Shown here: positions 45,999 to 56,059 of the stretch, in pieces
Layout of the letters: every line of letters begins with the position of its first letter
Position numbering within the stretch: the stretch's first letter is position 1
NCBI GenBank assembly: GCA_038106605.1
Contig: JAYOEF010000003.1
Span: forward strand, 1 to 63,526
Length of the DNA: 63,526 bases
Origin: Alphaproteobacteria bacterium
GTDB taxonomy: Bacteria > Pseudomonadota > Alphaproteobacteria > MPNO01 > UBA830
Direction of reading: 5' to 3'
Notes under the pieces: generated by a model
The model's database searches: none
Told to the model about the DNA's origin: nothing
The model's input: the letters and a program-made list of their open reading frames with translations, nothing else
Position numbers and translations under genes: made by a program

Positions 45999-46033
45999 CG
46001 CCTGGGTAAAGCCAAGAAGGACGGCGCGAAGTA
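45971..46033 (+). repeat. tandem duplication of the last 8 codons plus stop of the Sel1 gene
   Basis: TAAAGCCAAGAAGGACGGCGCGAAGTA occurs at 45971-45997 and 46007-46033 (period 36). The first copy ends in TAG and the ghost copy in TAA. Confidence 0.9.
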
Positions 46034-46047
46034 ACGCTCCCCCTCCC

Positions 46048-46953
46048 CTAGACCCTGCTTCCGGTCCCCGCGCGAACCGCCTCCGCCGTCATCCCCGAAT
46101 TCCCCGCATGGTCCGCCGCCCAGAGCGCGACCGAGTCTCCCGCCGCGTCCGGCGTGCCGCCGATCGTGAAATCGCCGTCGTCGTAGATCGGCCGGCCGGA
46201 GCGGAAGGAGAACGCGCCGACGGCGAAGCCCGGCATCTCCGCCTTCACCATCTCGAGCATCAGCCGCGCGATCAGCGTGCCCTGGACGAGGAGGCCGGGA
46301 TAGCCGCGCGCCTTCACGTAGTCGCGGTCGTAGTGGATGCGGTGACTGTTGAAGGTGACGGCCGAGTGGCGGAACATCAGCACCGGATCGGGCGCGAAGC
46401 TCCGCGTCCAAGCCGCCGCGGGCAGCGGCTTCGGCCCGGATGCGGATGCGGGCGCGGATGACGTTGTAGCTCCGGCGCCGCCGCCGGCCTTAGGCATCGG
46501 CGGGCGGAAGATGATGTCGTTCTCCTCGGTCACCGCGAGCCCGTCGTCGGTGTAGATGCGGTGCTGCACCAGCCCGACGACGAAGGCGCCCGTGCGGCCC
46601 TCCTTCGCCTCGAACGACACGACCTCGGATTCCTTCCGGATCGCGTCGCCGATGCGCAAGGGCGCGTGGAAGACGAAGCGCGCGCCGCCGAACAGCTTGT
46701 TCGGAAGCTCGGGCGCCGCCGGCAGCAGCCCCTCGTCCTTCGCGAGCCCGTCGGGCCCGAGCCGGGACGGCGGCAGCTTCGCCGTGCAGAACAGCCCGTG
46801 CCACAAGGGCGGCAGCGGGTCGCCCGGCCGCGGCGCGGGATCGTCTTGCCCGAAGGTCGCCATCAGCGCGGCGACCGGGGCGGCGGTGACGACGTCCTCG
46901 GCCGGAACGATCCGGCCGAGCGCCGCCCGAAGGGATGCGGGAACCTCAGACAT
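46048..46953 (-). CDS. double hot-dog (FAS1-like N-domain plus MaoC-like) acyl dehydratase/hydratase
   Basis: 301 aa. Two hot-dog-like halves are separated by a Gly/Ala/Ser linker, with a RIHYDRDYVKARGYPGLLVQGTL motif. Confidence 0.6.
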   Translation of the reverse strand: MSEVPASLRAALGRIVPAEDVVTAAPVAALMATFGQDDPAPRPGDPLPPLWHGLFCTAKLPPSRLGPDGLAKDEGLLPAAPELPNKLFGGARFVFHAPLRIGDAIRKESEVVSFEAKEGRTGAFVVGLVQHRIYTDDGLAVTEENDIIFRPPMPKAGGGAGATTSSAPASASGPKPLPAAAWTRSFAPDPVLMFRHSAVTFNSHRIHYDRDYVKARGYPGLLVQGTLIARLMLEMVKAEMPGFAVGAFSFRSGRPIYDDGDFTIGGTPDAAGDSVALWAADHAGNSGMTAEAVRAGTGSRV

Positions 46954-46995
46954 GCCCTTTCCATAGCGCAGCCGCCGCCCCGCGAACAGCCCGCC

Positions 46996-47460
46996 TCAGG
47001 CGGCGGCCTCTCCGTTTCTCGGCTCGTCAGGTTCGACCAGCACACCGAGCGCGATCGCCTCGCGCCGGGCGGCACCCGCGAAATGCCCCATCGCGTTGGT
47101 CTGGCGCAGGAAGCCGAGCTTCTCGTAGAAGCCCTCCTTTCCCAGCACCGTGGTCAGATAGACCTTCAGATGCGCGAGACGGCGCAGCATCTCCTCCATC
47201 ATCCGCCGGCCGACGCCCGCCCCCTGGAAGCCGCGGTCGACCGCGACGTCGACCAGCGTCCCGTCGATCCAGGCGAAACAGCAGAGGTAGCTGTTCGCGA
47301 AGGCGCGCCGCGTCTCCTCGGCGGTACGGTTGTCGAGCGGCGCCCGGGCGTAGATACCTGCAAGCGCCTCCCAGTCGATGACGTCGCGCGCGAAGGTCAC
47401 GCGGACATAGGTCCGGCGATAGAAATCCTGGTCCTGCCGGTGTTCGATCAGTGCGCCCAT
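46996..47460 (-). CDS. GNAT family N-acetyltransferase
   Basis: VAVDRGFQGAGVGRRMMEEM (acetyl-CoA P-loop-like Q/RxxGxG/A motif); 154 aa. Confidence 0.75.
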   Translation of the reverse strand: MGALIEHRQDQDFYRRTYVRVTFARDVIDWEALAGIYARAPLDNRTAEETRRAFANSYLCCFAWIDGTLVDVAVDRGFQGAGVGRRMMEEMLRRLAHLKVYLTTVLGKEGFYEKLGFLRQTNAMGHFAGAARREAIALGVLVEPDEPRNGEAAA

Positions 47461-47526
47461 GGTGGGTCTCCTTTCGGTGTGTCGGGCTTCGTGGGGGCTG
47501 GTGGACCGGGGAGCCCGGGCGGCGGC

Positions 47527-47563
47527 ATAAAAAAATCCGCCGCGCGGGGCTCCGCGGGCGGAC
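47527..47563 (-). terminator. Rho-independent terminator between the small ORF at 47.7-48.0 kb and the GNAT gene
   Basis: On the minus strand a GC hairpin (GTCCGCCCGCGG ... CCGCGCGGCGGA) is followed by TTTTTTTAT. Confidence 0.7.
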
Positions 47564-47732
47564 TTGCCTCTGTCGACGAAGGGGCTTTGGACTAGCTCGT
47601 CCGGATCCCTCCGATGCGCACGCGACCGTCCGCCCGCGAGCCTTTGGCGAGGCTCGCGACCGCAATAGCTCGGACGGCGACGGTCATCCAGTGCGTCATG
47701 GGGGCAGCCGATAGGCCCGACATGCGGGGCGA

Positions 47733-48002
47733 TCAAGCGTGAAGGGCGGGCGCGGACACGCGGCGCCCGTGGCGATGTAGAAATGCCACGCCGGCAGGGG
47801 TGGCCTGGACCCGGGCCCGGCCGCCGCCGCCCGGCGTGCGCGCGAGGAAGCCGCGATCGACCACCTCCTCCCACACGGGCAGGCGCGGGCACGACGTACG
47901 CCAGGCACCCATCACCTCGTCGTAGGTGCGCGGTGCCGCCGCGACCCATTCGACGAGATCGAGGATCAGGGGATCGAGGATCGGGCGATCGGCTTCGGAC
48001 AT
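47733..48002 (-). CDS. small conserved-looking hypothetical protein (89 aa)
   Basis: MSEADRPILDPLILDLVEWVAAAPRTYDEVMGAWRTSCPRLPVWEEVVDRGF ... with good GC3 coding bias. No family could be assigned from the sequence alone. Confidence 0.5.
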   Translation of the reverse strand: MSEADRPILDPLILDLVEWVAAAPRTYDEVMGAWRTSCPRLPVWEEVVDRGFLARTPGGGGRARVQATPAGVAFLHRHGRRVSAPALHA

Positions 48003-48090
48003 GTCGGCATCTCCTTCGGTACGAACCCTTCGACTCGCGTTTCGTTCAAACAACCCCATGCACACCGGGTCCGGGCGTGCGGCCGGGATG

Positions 48091-48142
48091 TTCTCCGCCG
48101 CCGTTCTGCGCTTCCGTTCTGCGCCTTCCTTCTGCGCCTCCT
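48091..48142. repeat. four tandem 13-bp direct repeats (TTCTGCGC-core) in a divergent promoter region
   Basis: TTCTCCGCCGCCG / TTCTGCGCTTCCG / TTCTGCGCCTTCC / TTCTGCGCCTCCT start at 48091, 48104, 48117 and 48130. Confidence 0.85.
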
Positions 48143-48199
48143 GTACGGCGCGCGCAAACCGGATTATCTTAGGATCAGCATCAGGAAAGCTGAGGCTAC

Positions 48200-49072
48200 A
48201 TGCGCCGTCTTCCGTCGCTCAACGGCATCCGCGCCTTCGAGGCCGCCGCCCGGCTCGGCGGGTTCGCGCGTGCCGCCGAGGAGCTCGGCGTCTCGCCGGC
48301 GGCGATCTCGCGGCTGGTGAAGCTGCTGGAGGACCGGCTCGGCGTCGCCCTGTTCCAGAGGGGCGCGAACGGGCTCACGCTCACCTCGGCGGGCCGCGCC
48401 TACCAGCCCGGCCTCACCCAGATGCTCGATGCGCTCGCCGCGCTCACCGACCAGGTCACCGCGCTGTCGGGAAAGCGCGTGCTCACCGTCGGCGTCGGTC
48501 CCACGTTCGCGATCCGCTGGCTGATCCCGCGCCTCGCCGAATTCCACACGCTGGAGCCCGACATCGACGTGCGCATCACCACGGGCGGCATCGCCGCGCC
48601 CTTCAGCGAGGACTGGACCTGCGGCGTGACGCTGGGCGACGGGACGTGGCCGGGGCTCGAAGCCGAGAAGCTGTTCGCCGCCGATCTCACGCCCGTCTGC
48701 GTGCCGCGCCTCGCGCGCAGACTGAAGAAGCCCGCCGACCTCAAGGAAGCGGCGCTCCTCCGCGTCGCGCACGCGCCCGACGACTGGCCGCGCTGGCTGG
48801 AGGCGGCGGGCGCTTCCCGGATCAGGGCCGACGGGCCGGAGTTCGGCTATTACGGGCAGGCGCTGCAGGCGGCGCTGGACGGGGTGGGCGTCGCGATGGG
48901 AATCCGCCCCTATGTCGACGACGACCTCGCGGCGGGACGGCTGAAGGCACCGTTCGCGCTCACCGTCCCCAAAGGACGGAGCTGGTATCTCGTCTACCGC
49001 GCGGCGCGCACGGACGAGCCCGCGTTTCGGGCCTTCCGCGACTGGATCGTCGGCGGCGCGACAACGGACTGA
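48200..49072 (+). CDS. LysR family transcriptional regulator (GcvA-like)
   Basis: LPSLNGIRAFEAAARLGGFARAAEELGVSPAAISRLVKLLEDRLGVALFQR. Confidence 0.9.
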   Translation: MRRLPSLNGIRAFEAAARLGGFARAAEELGVSPAAISRLVKLLEDRLGVALFQRGANGLTLTSAGRAYQPGLTQMLDALAALTDQVTALSGKRVLTVGVGPTFAIRWLIPRLAEFHTLEPDIDVRITTGGIAAPFSEDWTCGVTLGDGTWPGLEAEKLFAADLTPVCVPRLARRLKKPADLKEAALLRVAHAPDDWPRWLEAAGASRIRADGPEFGYYGQALQAALDGVGVAMGIRPYVDDDLAAGRLKAPFALTVPKGRSWYLVYRAARTDEPAFRAFRDWIVGGATTD

Positions 49073-49090
49073 CGGTCCCGGCTTCGGCGA

Positions 49091-49264
49091 TCAGATGTCG
49101 ATGGTCCGGTCCCAGATCCGCATCTTGCGCCGCGTGCCGACGACCTCGGCGACGTGGGCGCCCGGCAGCAGCAGCGGCGCGACGGCGATGTCGAACAGGT
49201 GCCCCAGGAACGAGGCGAACCGGCGGACGGCAGAAATCGGGGGAATTTCGGGCGGCGGATACAT
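49091..49264 (-). CDS. candidate small protein (57 aa), absent from the supplied ORF track
   Basis: MYPPPEIPPISAVRRFASFLGHLFDIAVAPLLLPGAHVAEVVGTRRKMRIWDRTIDI. It has strong GC3 bias and an AGGGAG about 8 nt upstream of the ATG. Confidence 0.35.
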   Translation of the reverse strand: MYPPPEIPPISAVRRFASFLGHLFDIAVAPLLLPGAHVAEVVGTRRKMRIWDRTIDI

Positions 49265-49378
49265 GGCGAAGACTCCCTACGCAACTCGGAGACCTCCATT
49301 GAAGCAACCGCGGCTTAACGTGGGGTAAATCCGCCGTCCGGGCACGAAACAGCCCGGAAATCCGGGGCGCTAGCGGCG

Positions 49379-50584
49379 TCAGATCCGCTCGATCACCGTC
49401 GCGATGCCCTGCCCTACCCCAATACACATGGTGCAGAGGGCGTAGCGGCCGCCGGTGCGCTCGAGCTCGTAGAGCGCCGTCGTGATGAGGCGCGCGCCCG
49501 ACATGCCGAGCGGATGGCCGAGCGCAATGGCGCCGCCGTTCGGGTTGATGCGGGGATCGTCGTCGGCGATGCCGAGGTCGCGTGTGCACGCGAGCGCCTG
49601 GGCGGCGAACGCCTCGTTGAACTCCATCACGTCCATGTCGTCGAGCGAGAGGCCGGTCTTCTCCATCACCTTTCGGGTCGCCGGCGCCGGGCCGATGCCC
49701 ATGATGCGGGGCGGCACGCCCGCCGTCGCCGCGCCGACGATCCGCGCGCGCGGGGTCAGACCGTGCTTCTTCGCCGCCGCCTCGGTGGCGAGGAGGAGCG
49801 CCGCGGCGCCGTCGTTGACGCCCGATGCGTTGCCCGCGGTCACGCTGCCGTCCTTGCGGAAGGCAGGACGAAGCTTCACGAGGTCGTCGATCGTGGTGCC
49901 GTGGCGCGGATGCTCGTCGGTGTCGACGACGATGTCGTCGCCCCGGCGCTGTGCGATGCGGACGGCGACGATCTCGCGCGCGAGACGGCCCTCCTTCTGC
50001 GCGGCCTCGGCCTTGTGCTGGCTCCACAGCGCGAACCTGTCCTGGTCCTCGCGCGTGATCTGGCGTTCCTCGGCGAGGTTCTCGGCGGTCTCGCCCATGG
50101 CGTCGACGCCGTACATCTCCTCCATCTTCGGATTGACGAAGCGCCAGCCGATGGTGGTGTCGAAGATCTCGGCGTTGCGCGAGAAGGCGGTCTCGGCCTT
50201 GCCCATGACGAAGGGCGCGCGCGACATGCTCTCGACCCCGCCGGTGATCACCATGTCGGCCTCGCCGGTGCGGATCGCCCGCGCCCCCTGCGCGGTGGCT
50301 TCCATGCCGGAACCGCAGAGGCGGTTGACCGTCGCGCCGCCGACCTCGAGCGGAAGGCCGGCGAGCAGGCCCGACATGCGCGCGACGTTGCGGTTGTCCT
50401 CGCCCGCCTGGTTGGCGTTGCCGAAATAGACGTCGTCGATCGCTTTCCAGTCGACCGAGGCGTTCCGCTCCATCAGCGCGCGGATCGGCACCGCGCCGAG
50501 ATCGTCGGCGCGCACCTTCGAGAGGGCGCCGGCGTAACGGCCGATGGGGGTGCGGACGGCATCGCAGATGAAGGCGTCGGTCAT
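49379..50584 (-). CDS. acetyl-CoA C-acyltransferase (3-ketoacyl-CoA thiolase, PcaF/PaaJ-like)
   Basis: [19 protein letters not shown] and CIGVGQG motifs; 401 aa. Confidence 0.9.
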   Translation of the reverse strand: MTDAFICDAVRTPIGRYAGALSKVRADDLGAVPIRALMERNASVDWKAIDDVYFGNANQAGEDNRNVARMSGLLAGLPLEVGGATVNRLCGSGMEATAQGARAIRTGEADMVITGGVESMSRAPFVMGKAETAFSRNAEIFDTTIGWRFVNPKMEEMYGVDAMGETAENLAEERQITREDQDRFALWSQHKAEAAQKEGRLAREIVAVRIAQRRGDDIVVDTDEHPRHGTTIDDLVKLRPAFRKDGSVTAGNASGVNDGAAALLLATEAAAKKHGLTPRARIVGAATAGVPPRIMGIGPAPATRKVMEKTGLSLDDMDVMEFNEAFAAQALACTRDLGIADDDPRINPNGGAIALGHPLGMSGARLITTALYELERTGGRYALCTMCIGVGQGIATVIERI

Positions 50585-50727
50585 GGTCTGTGTCCCGTTT
50601 GTATCCAGGTCGGCCCGAAGGCGGCGCATTGTTGTCGATGGGGCGGGGAGCGGCAAGGCGAAAAGGCGGAAAGCTTCTATCCCGGAATCCCCTTGAAAGG
50701 CCCGGTCGATTGGGCGAGCGTTGCCCC

Positions 50728-51630
50728 ATGCTGCGTACCGCCCCACCCCGTGCCGACCGCCCTGCCCCCGCGCCCTATGCCGCGGGAGCCCGCGCGATCC
50801 GCGTCGGACGGGCGCCCGAAATCGCGATCGACTATGCCGGTTCGGGGCCGCTGATCGTCTTCCTTCACGGCATCGGCGGCGACCGTTCGACCTGGCGGCC
50901 GCAGATGGAAGCGTTCTTGGATCGCTGCACCGTCGCCGCGTGGGACGCGCGCGGCTACGGCGACAGCGACGACTACGACGGGCCGCTTCGATTTTCCGAC
51001 ATGGCCGACGATCTCGCCCGCGTGCTCGACGCCTTCGCCGTCGGGCGCGCCCACATCGTCGGCACCTCGATGGGCGGGCGCATCTCCCTCGAGGCCTATG
51101 CGCGCCATCCCGACCGCTTCGCGACGCTGACGCTCGCGGGCGTGCATGCACGTTTCGGCTCGTTCTCGCCGGAGGCGCAGCGCGACTTCGTCGAGCAGCG
51201 CCGGAAGCCGCTGATGGAGGACGGGCTGGAACCCGCCGACCTCGCGCCCCGGGTGATCGGCAAGCTCGCCGGACCCAATGCGCCCGAGGCGGCCCGCGAT
51301 GCTGCCATCGCGGCCATGTCACGGCTTCACAAGGAGTCTTACATAAAGACGGTCACGGCGACGACGACCTTCGACCGCGAGGCGATCCTCGGCGAGATCG
51401 CGGTGCCGACGCTCGTCATCGGCGGCGAGTTCGACCCGCTGACGCCGCCCGCGCTGACCCGCAAGGTCGCCGATGCGATCCCCGGGGCGGAGTACCACCC
51501 GATCTACGACGTCGGCCATCTCGGCAACCTGGAGAACCCGGTGGAGTTCAACCGGCTCCTCGACAATTTCCTGTCGCGGTTCCAGGACCGGGCGAACGTC
51601 GCCGCCGACCCGGCGGTGCTGCTCGGCTGA
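50728..51630 (+). CDS. alpha/beta hydrolase (enol-lactonase/PcaD-like fold)
   Basis: VFLHGIGGD and the nucleophile elbow VGTSMGG, with the C-terminal HLGNLENP. Confidence 0.75.
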   Translation: MLRTAPPRADRPAPAPYAAGARAIRVGRAPEIAIDYAGSGPLIVFLHGIGGDRSTWRPQMEAFLDRCTVAAWDARGYGDSDDYDGPLRFSDMADDLARVLDAFAVGRAHIVGTSMGGRISLEAYARHPDRFATLTLAGVHARFGSFSPEAQRDFVEQRRKPLMEDGLEPADLAPRVIGKLAGPNAPEAARDAAIAAMSRLHKESYIKTVTATTTFDREAILGEIAVPTLVIGGEFDPLTPPALTRKVADAIPGAEYHPIYDVGHLGNLENPVEFNRLLDNFLSRFQDRANVAADPAVLLG

Positions 51631-51674
51631 CGCGGCGGGGACTGGAAAAAAGAGAAGACACGAAGGGAAGGACA

Positions 51675-52457
51675 ATGGATCTCGGCATAAAGGGCGAAAT
51701 CGCCCTCGTCATGGGCGGCACGCAGGGCCTCGCCCTGTCGGCGGCGCATCACCTCGCCGAAGCGGGCGCCGTCGTCGTGATCAACGGCCGCGATGCGGAG
51801 AAGGGGCGCAGCGCGGCGGAATCCCTGCCGGGCGGCGCGCATTTCGTGCAGGGCGACATCACCTCCGTGACCGACCGCGAGAACCTGGTCGAGCGCTGCG
51901 GCGTGCTGACCGGTGCGACGCCCGCGATCCTCGTCACCAATTCGGGCGGCCCGCCGCCCGGCCAGTTCATGGAGCACAGCGAGGCGGTGTGGGAAGCGGC
52001 GCTCCGCAACAATATGCTCGGCCACATCGACATGACGCGCCGCTGCCTGCCCGGCATGCTGGATGCGGGCTGGGGGCGCATCGTCAACATCACCTCCTTT
52101 GCGGTTCGCGAGCCCTATCCCAACCTCGTCCTCGCCAACGCGGTGCGCGCAGGGCTCCACGGCGCGATGGCGACGCTTGCCCGCGAGGTCGCGGACAAGG
52201 GCGTGACGGTCAACAACGTGCTGCCCGGCCTGATGGACACTCCTGCATTACAACGGGTCTACAACGCCCAAGCGGCGCGCGAGAACATCTCCGTCGACGA
52301 CGCGCGCGAACGCATGGCCCAGTCGATCCCGACCAAGCGCCTCGGCACCGCAGAGGATTTCGGCCCCGCCGTCGCCTTCCTGTGCTCGCGCCACGCCGGC
52401 TACATCACGGGCCAGAACCTCACCGTCGATGGCGGGCTGGTGCGGGCGTTGCTATAA
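51675..52457 (+). CDS. SDR family oxidoreductase
   Basis: Glycine-rich NAD(P)-binding N-terminus (ALVMGGTQGLAL, then VVINGRD) and a C-terminal ITGQNLTVDGG motif; 260 aa. Confidence 0.8.
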   Translation: MDLGIKGEIALVMGGTQGLALSAAHHLAEAGAVVVINGRDAEKGRSAAESLPGGAHFVQGDITSVTDRENLVERCGVLTGATPAILVTNSGGPPPGQFMEHSEAVWEAALRNNMLGHIDMTRRCLPGMLDAGWGRIVNITSFAVREPYPNLVLANAVRAGLHGAMATLAREVADKGVTVNNVLPGLMDTPALQRVYNAQAARENISVDDARERMAQSIPTKRLGTAEDFGPAVAFLCSRHAGYITGQNLTVDGGLVRALL

Positions 52458-52479
52458 GGCGCCGGGGAGAAACGGACGA

Positions 52480-54000
52480 ATGCTTACGGGCGACATGCTG
52501 CGCCGGGCCGCGACGCGGTTTCCGGACAAGACGGCGATCATCTGGGGGGACCGGCGGACGCGTTACGACGCGCTGAATGCCGACGCCAACCGCTTCGCGC
52601 GCGCACTGCGCGCCATGGGCCTGACGAAAGGCGCCAAGGTCGGGATCATCTCGCGCAACCGCACCGAATACGGGATCGTGTTCTTCGGCGCGGCGAAGTC
52701 GGGCTGCGTCCTCGTGAACGTCTCCGTCCTCTACGCGCCGGCCGAGCTCGAATACGTGCTCAACAAGGCGGACGTCGAGGTGCTGCTGCACGAGGACCTG
52801 TTCGCCGAGAAGATCGATGCGGTGCGGCCGAAGTGCCCGAAGATCCGGAAATACATCTCCATCGACCGCGAGTTCGCCGATCTCATCGCGGGCGAATCCG
52901 CCGGCGAGCCCGACGTCGCGATCGACGAGCGCGACCCGTTCTGCATGACCTACACGGGCGGCACGACGGGCCTTCCGAAGGGCGCGCTCGCGAGCCACCG
53001 GGCACGCGCGGTCACCGCGCACACGGTGATGGTCGAGGAACATATCGACGAGCGCGACACGGTCGGCATCGTCACGCCGATGTTCCACATCGCGGCGCTC
53101 AACATCATGTTCCAGCCTGCAGTCCTCGCCGGCGCGACGACGACGCTGCTGTCGAAGTGGGACCCGAAGGACTTCGCGAAGATGGTCCGCGACACGAAGA
53201 TGACGGCGAACTTCATGGTGCCGACCCAGGCGGGCATGGTGATCCAGGACCCGGATTTCGATGCCGCCGACTACGCCACCTGGCGCAAGGTCTCGTTCGC
53301 CGGCGCGCCGATGCCGGACTGGGTGCAGCGCGCCTTCTTCGAGAAGCTGCCGGAGGTCCGCCTCACCCAGATCTACGGCCAGTCGGAGATGGGCGTGATC
53401 GCGGTCCTGCCGCACTGGCACCTGCCGGAGCGCTTGGGCTCGGTCGGCCGGCCCGCCTACAACGTCGACATCGCCTGCGTGCTGCCCGACGGCGCGCCGG
53501 CGAAGCCGGGCGAGATCGGCGAGATCGTCTCGAAGGGCGACAACCTGATGACCGAGTATTACGGCGAGCCCGAGCAGACCGCGAATTTCTTCCGCCTCAA
53601 GGACGGCTGGGGCTGGTCGGGCGACCTCGCAACCGTCGACGCAGAGGGCTTCTTCACCCTCGTCGACCGCTCGAAGGACATGATCATCTCGGGCGGCGAG
53701 AACGTCTATCCGAAGGAAATCGAGGACGCGATCTACGAGCACGCCGCCGTCGGCGAGTGCGCGGTGTTCGGCATCCCCGATCCGAAGTTCGGCGAGGTGC
53801 CCGCCGCCTACATCCAGCTCCGAGCCGGCGCCGCGGCCACCGAGGACGACATCGTCGCCCACTGCGCGGCGCGCCTCGCGCGCTTCAAGCGGCCGCGGCT
53901 CGTGAAATTCGTCGACGGGTTCCCCAAGACGCCGATCGGCAAGATCCAGAAGAACATCCTGAAGGAGCCCTACTGGGAGGGCCGGGAGAAGAAGATATGA
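52480..54000 (+). CDS. AMP-dependent acyl-CoA synthetase/ligase
   Basis: [15 protein letters not shown]-binding motif, GWGWSGDL and PIGKIQK. Confidence 0.9.
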   Translation: MLTGDMLRRAATRFPDKTAIIWGDRRTRYDALNADANRFARALRAMGLTKGAKVGIISRNRTEYGIVFFGAAKSGCVLVNVSVLYAPAELEYVLNKADVEVLLHEDLFAEKIDAVRPKCPKIRKYISIDREFADLIAGESAGEPDVAIDERDPFCMTYTGGTTGLPKGALASHRARAVTAHTVMVEEHIDERDTVGIVTPMFHIAALNIMFQPAVLAGATTTLLSKWDPKDFAKMVRDTKMTANFMVPTQAGMVIQDPDFDAADYATWRKVSFAGAPMPDWVQRAFFEKLPEVRLTQIYGQSEMGVIAVLPHWHLPERLGSVGRPAYNVDIACVLPDGAPAKPGEIGEIVSKGDNLMTEYYGEPEQTANFFRLKDGWGWSGDLATVDAEGFFTLVDRSKDMIISGGENVYPKEIEDAIYEHAAVGECAVFGIPDPKFGEVPAAYIQLRAGAAATEDDIVAHCAARLARFKRPRLVKFVDGFPKTPIGKIQKNILKEPYWEGREKKI

Positions 54001-54806
54001 CCGACCGTTACGCCTCCTACGAGCGCCTGAAGTTCGACCGCCCGGCCGACCGCGTCCTCCGCATCACGATGGAGGCGAAGGGCCGCCTGAATGCCGCCGA
54101 CGAGACGATGCACGACGAGCTCGGTCGCATCTGGAAAGACGTCGAGGCCGACCCGGACGTCTCGGTCGCCATCCTGCGCGGCGCGGGCGACGCGTTCTCC
54201 GCCGGCGGCGACTTCGAGATGATCGAGAAGATGATCGACACGTTCGAGGTGCGCGCCCGCGTCTGGAAGGAGGCGCGCGACCTCGTCTACAACGTCATCA
54301 ACTGCTCGAAGCCGATCGTGAGCGCGATGCACGGCCCGGCGGTCGGCGCGGGCCTGGTCGCGGGACTGCTAGCGGACGTCTCGATCGCGGCCCGGACCGC
54401 GCGCATCATCGACGGGCACACGCGGCTCGGCGTCGCCGCGGGCGACCACGCGGCCATCGTCTGGCCGCTGCTCTGCGGCATGGCCAAGGCCAAATACTAC
54501 CTGATGCTGTGCGAGCCGCTGTCGGGCGAGGAGGCGGAGCGCATCGGCCTCGTCTCGCTCGTCGTCGACGACGACAAGCTGCAGGACACCGCGGTCGAGG
54601 TCGCAACCAAGCTCGCGCGCGGCGCGCCGTCGGCGATCCGCTGGACCAAGTACGCGCTCAACAACTGGCTCCGCATGATGGGCCCGAGCTTCGACACCTC
54701 GCTCGCGCTCGAGTTCCTCGGCTTCACCAGCCCCGAGGCGCAGGAAGGCCTCGCGAGCCTCCGCGAGAAGCGACGGCCGAACTTCGATCCGAACTCGCCG
54801 CTTTGA
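53997..54806 (+). CDS. enoyl-CoA hydratase/isomerase (crotonase) family protein
   Basis: [11 protein letters not shown] and HGPAVGAGL motifs. ATGA overlap with the ligase gene. Confidence 0.9.
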   Translation: MTDRYASYERLKFDRPADRVLRITMEAKGRLNAADETMHDELGRIWKDVEADPDVSVAILRGAGDAFSAGGDFEMIEKMIDTFEVRARVWKEARDLVYNVINCSKPIVSAMHGPAVGAGLVAGLLADVSIAARTARIIDGHTRLGVAAGDHAAIVWPLLCGMAKAKYYLMLCEPLSGEEAERIGLVSLVVDDDKLQDTAVEVATKLARGAPSAIRWTKYALNNWLRMMGPSFDTSLALEFLGFTSPEAQEGLASLREKRRPNFDPNSPL

Positions 54807-56059
54807 CGGGCGGCGCGCCTTCCGAAACCGGCGGCGGCCGATTCCATAAAGGCTACCACTACGGCTGGGTCGTCGTCGGCGCGACCTTCGTCGTCCTCTT
54901 CTTCGGCTTCGGCGCGGCCTATTCGTTCGGCGCGTTCTTCGTGCCGCTGCAGACCGAGTTCGGCGCCGCGCGGGGCGAGACCTCTCTCGTCTTCTCGATC
55001 GCGGGCGGCCTCTTCTTCTTTCTCGGCATCGTGTCCGGGCGGCTGTCCGACCGCTTCGGCGTCCGGCCCGTCGCCGCGTTCGGCGTCGTCTGCGCGGGCG
55101 CCGGGCTGATCGCGAGCGGCATGGCCGAGACGCTGACGCAGGTCTATCTCGCGTTCGGCCTCGGCATCGGCTTCGGCGTCGGCTTCTCCTATGTGACCAC
55201 GGTGGGGACCGTGCAGCGCTGGTTCGTCCGCCGCCGCGGCCTCGCATCGGGCTTCGCGGTCGCGGGCATCGGAGCGGGCACGGTGGCGATGCCGATCGCC
55301 GCCGCCGCCATGATCGAGGCATGGGACTGGCGGACGGCCTACATCACGATGGGGGTCGCGACGCTCGTCTGCGGGCTCGCGGCGGCCGCGTTCCTCGTCC
55401 ATTCGCCGGAGCACGGCGCGCGCCTGTCGGCCACCGGCGAGGGCATGACGGCGGCGGAGGCGATGCGCACGCGGCCGTTCCTGCTGATCTTCACCGGCTA
55501 CCTGTTCTCGTCCTTCGGCAACTTCGTGCCGCTCGTCCACCTCGTCCCCTATGCCGCCGACCGCGGCATCGATCCTGCGACCGGCGCGCTGCTGCTCGGG
55601 CTGATCGGCGTCGGCTCGACGGCGGGGCGCTTCGTCCTCGGCGGGCTCGCCGACCGGTTCGGACGGAAGCGCTCTCTCGCCGTCGCCTTCGCCGGCATCG
55701 GCGTCAGCGCACTGTGGTGGCTCGCCTCGGATTCCGTCTGGCAGCTCGCGGTCTTCGCGCTTGTCATGGGCACCTGCTACGGCGGCTACGTCGCGCTCGG
55801 CCCCGCCGTGGTCGCCGACTATTTCGGCACGCGCCACGTCTCCGCCATCCTCGGCGCGATCTACACCGGCGCCGGGGTCGGCATGCTGTTCGGCCCGACC
55901 CTCGCGGGCCTCGCCTACGACGCGCTTCGCAGCTATACCCTGCCCATCGCAGGATGCGCCGCGGCGGCGCTCGGCGCCGGGCTGATGGTCTTCCTCGCGG
56001 AGGATCCCGCCCGCTTCCGGGAAGCTCGTAATGGGGCGGCACGGGAAAGAGAACGATGA
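54803..56059 (+). CDS. MFS transporter (oxalate/formate antiporter-like)
   Basis: 12-TM pattern with [11 protein letters not shown] and [14 protein letters not shown] loops. The TTG start (TTGA overlap) is inferred. Confidence 0.75.
   Translation: MTGGAPSETGGGRFHKGYHYGWVVVGATFVVLFFGFGAAYSFGAFFVPLQTEFGAARGETSLVFSIAGGLFFFLGIVSGRLSDRFGVRPVAAFGVVCAGAGLIASGMAETLTQVYLAFGLGIGFGVGFSYVTTVGTVQRWFVRRRGLASGFAVAGIGAGTVAMPIAAAAMIEAWDWRTAYITMGVATLVCGLAAAAFLVHSPEHGARLSATGEGMTAAEAMRTRPFLLIFTGYLFSSFGNFVPLVHLVPYAADRGIDPATGALLLGLIGVGSTAGRFVLGGLADRFGRKRSLAVAFAGIGVSALWWLASDSVWQLAVFALVMGTCYGGYVALGPAVVADYFGTRHVSAILGAIYTGAGVGMLFGPTLAGLAYDALRSYTLPIAGCAAAALGAGLMVFLAEDPARFREARNGAARERER

Noticed and set aside
47560-47730. 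This structured region could encode SRP RNA, 6S RNA or a piece of alphaproteobacterial two-piece tmRNA. The plus strand begins GGGGCTTTGG...
   Set aside because: It lacks the conserved SRP motif (GGAAGCAGCC-type), any tag-peptide reading frame, and tRNA-like ends. Only generic hairpins are visible.
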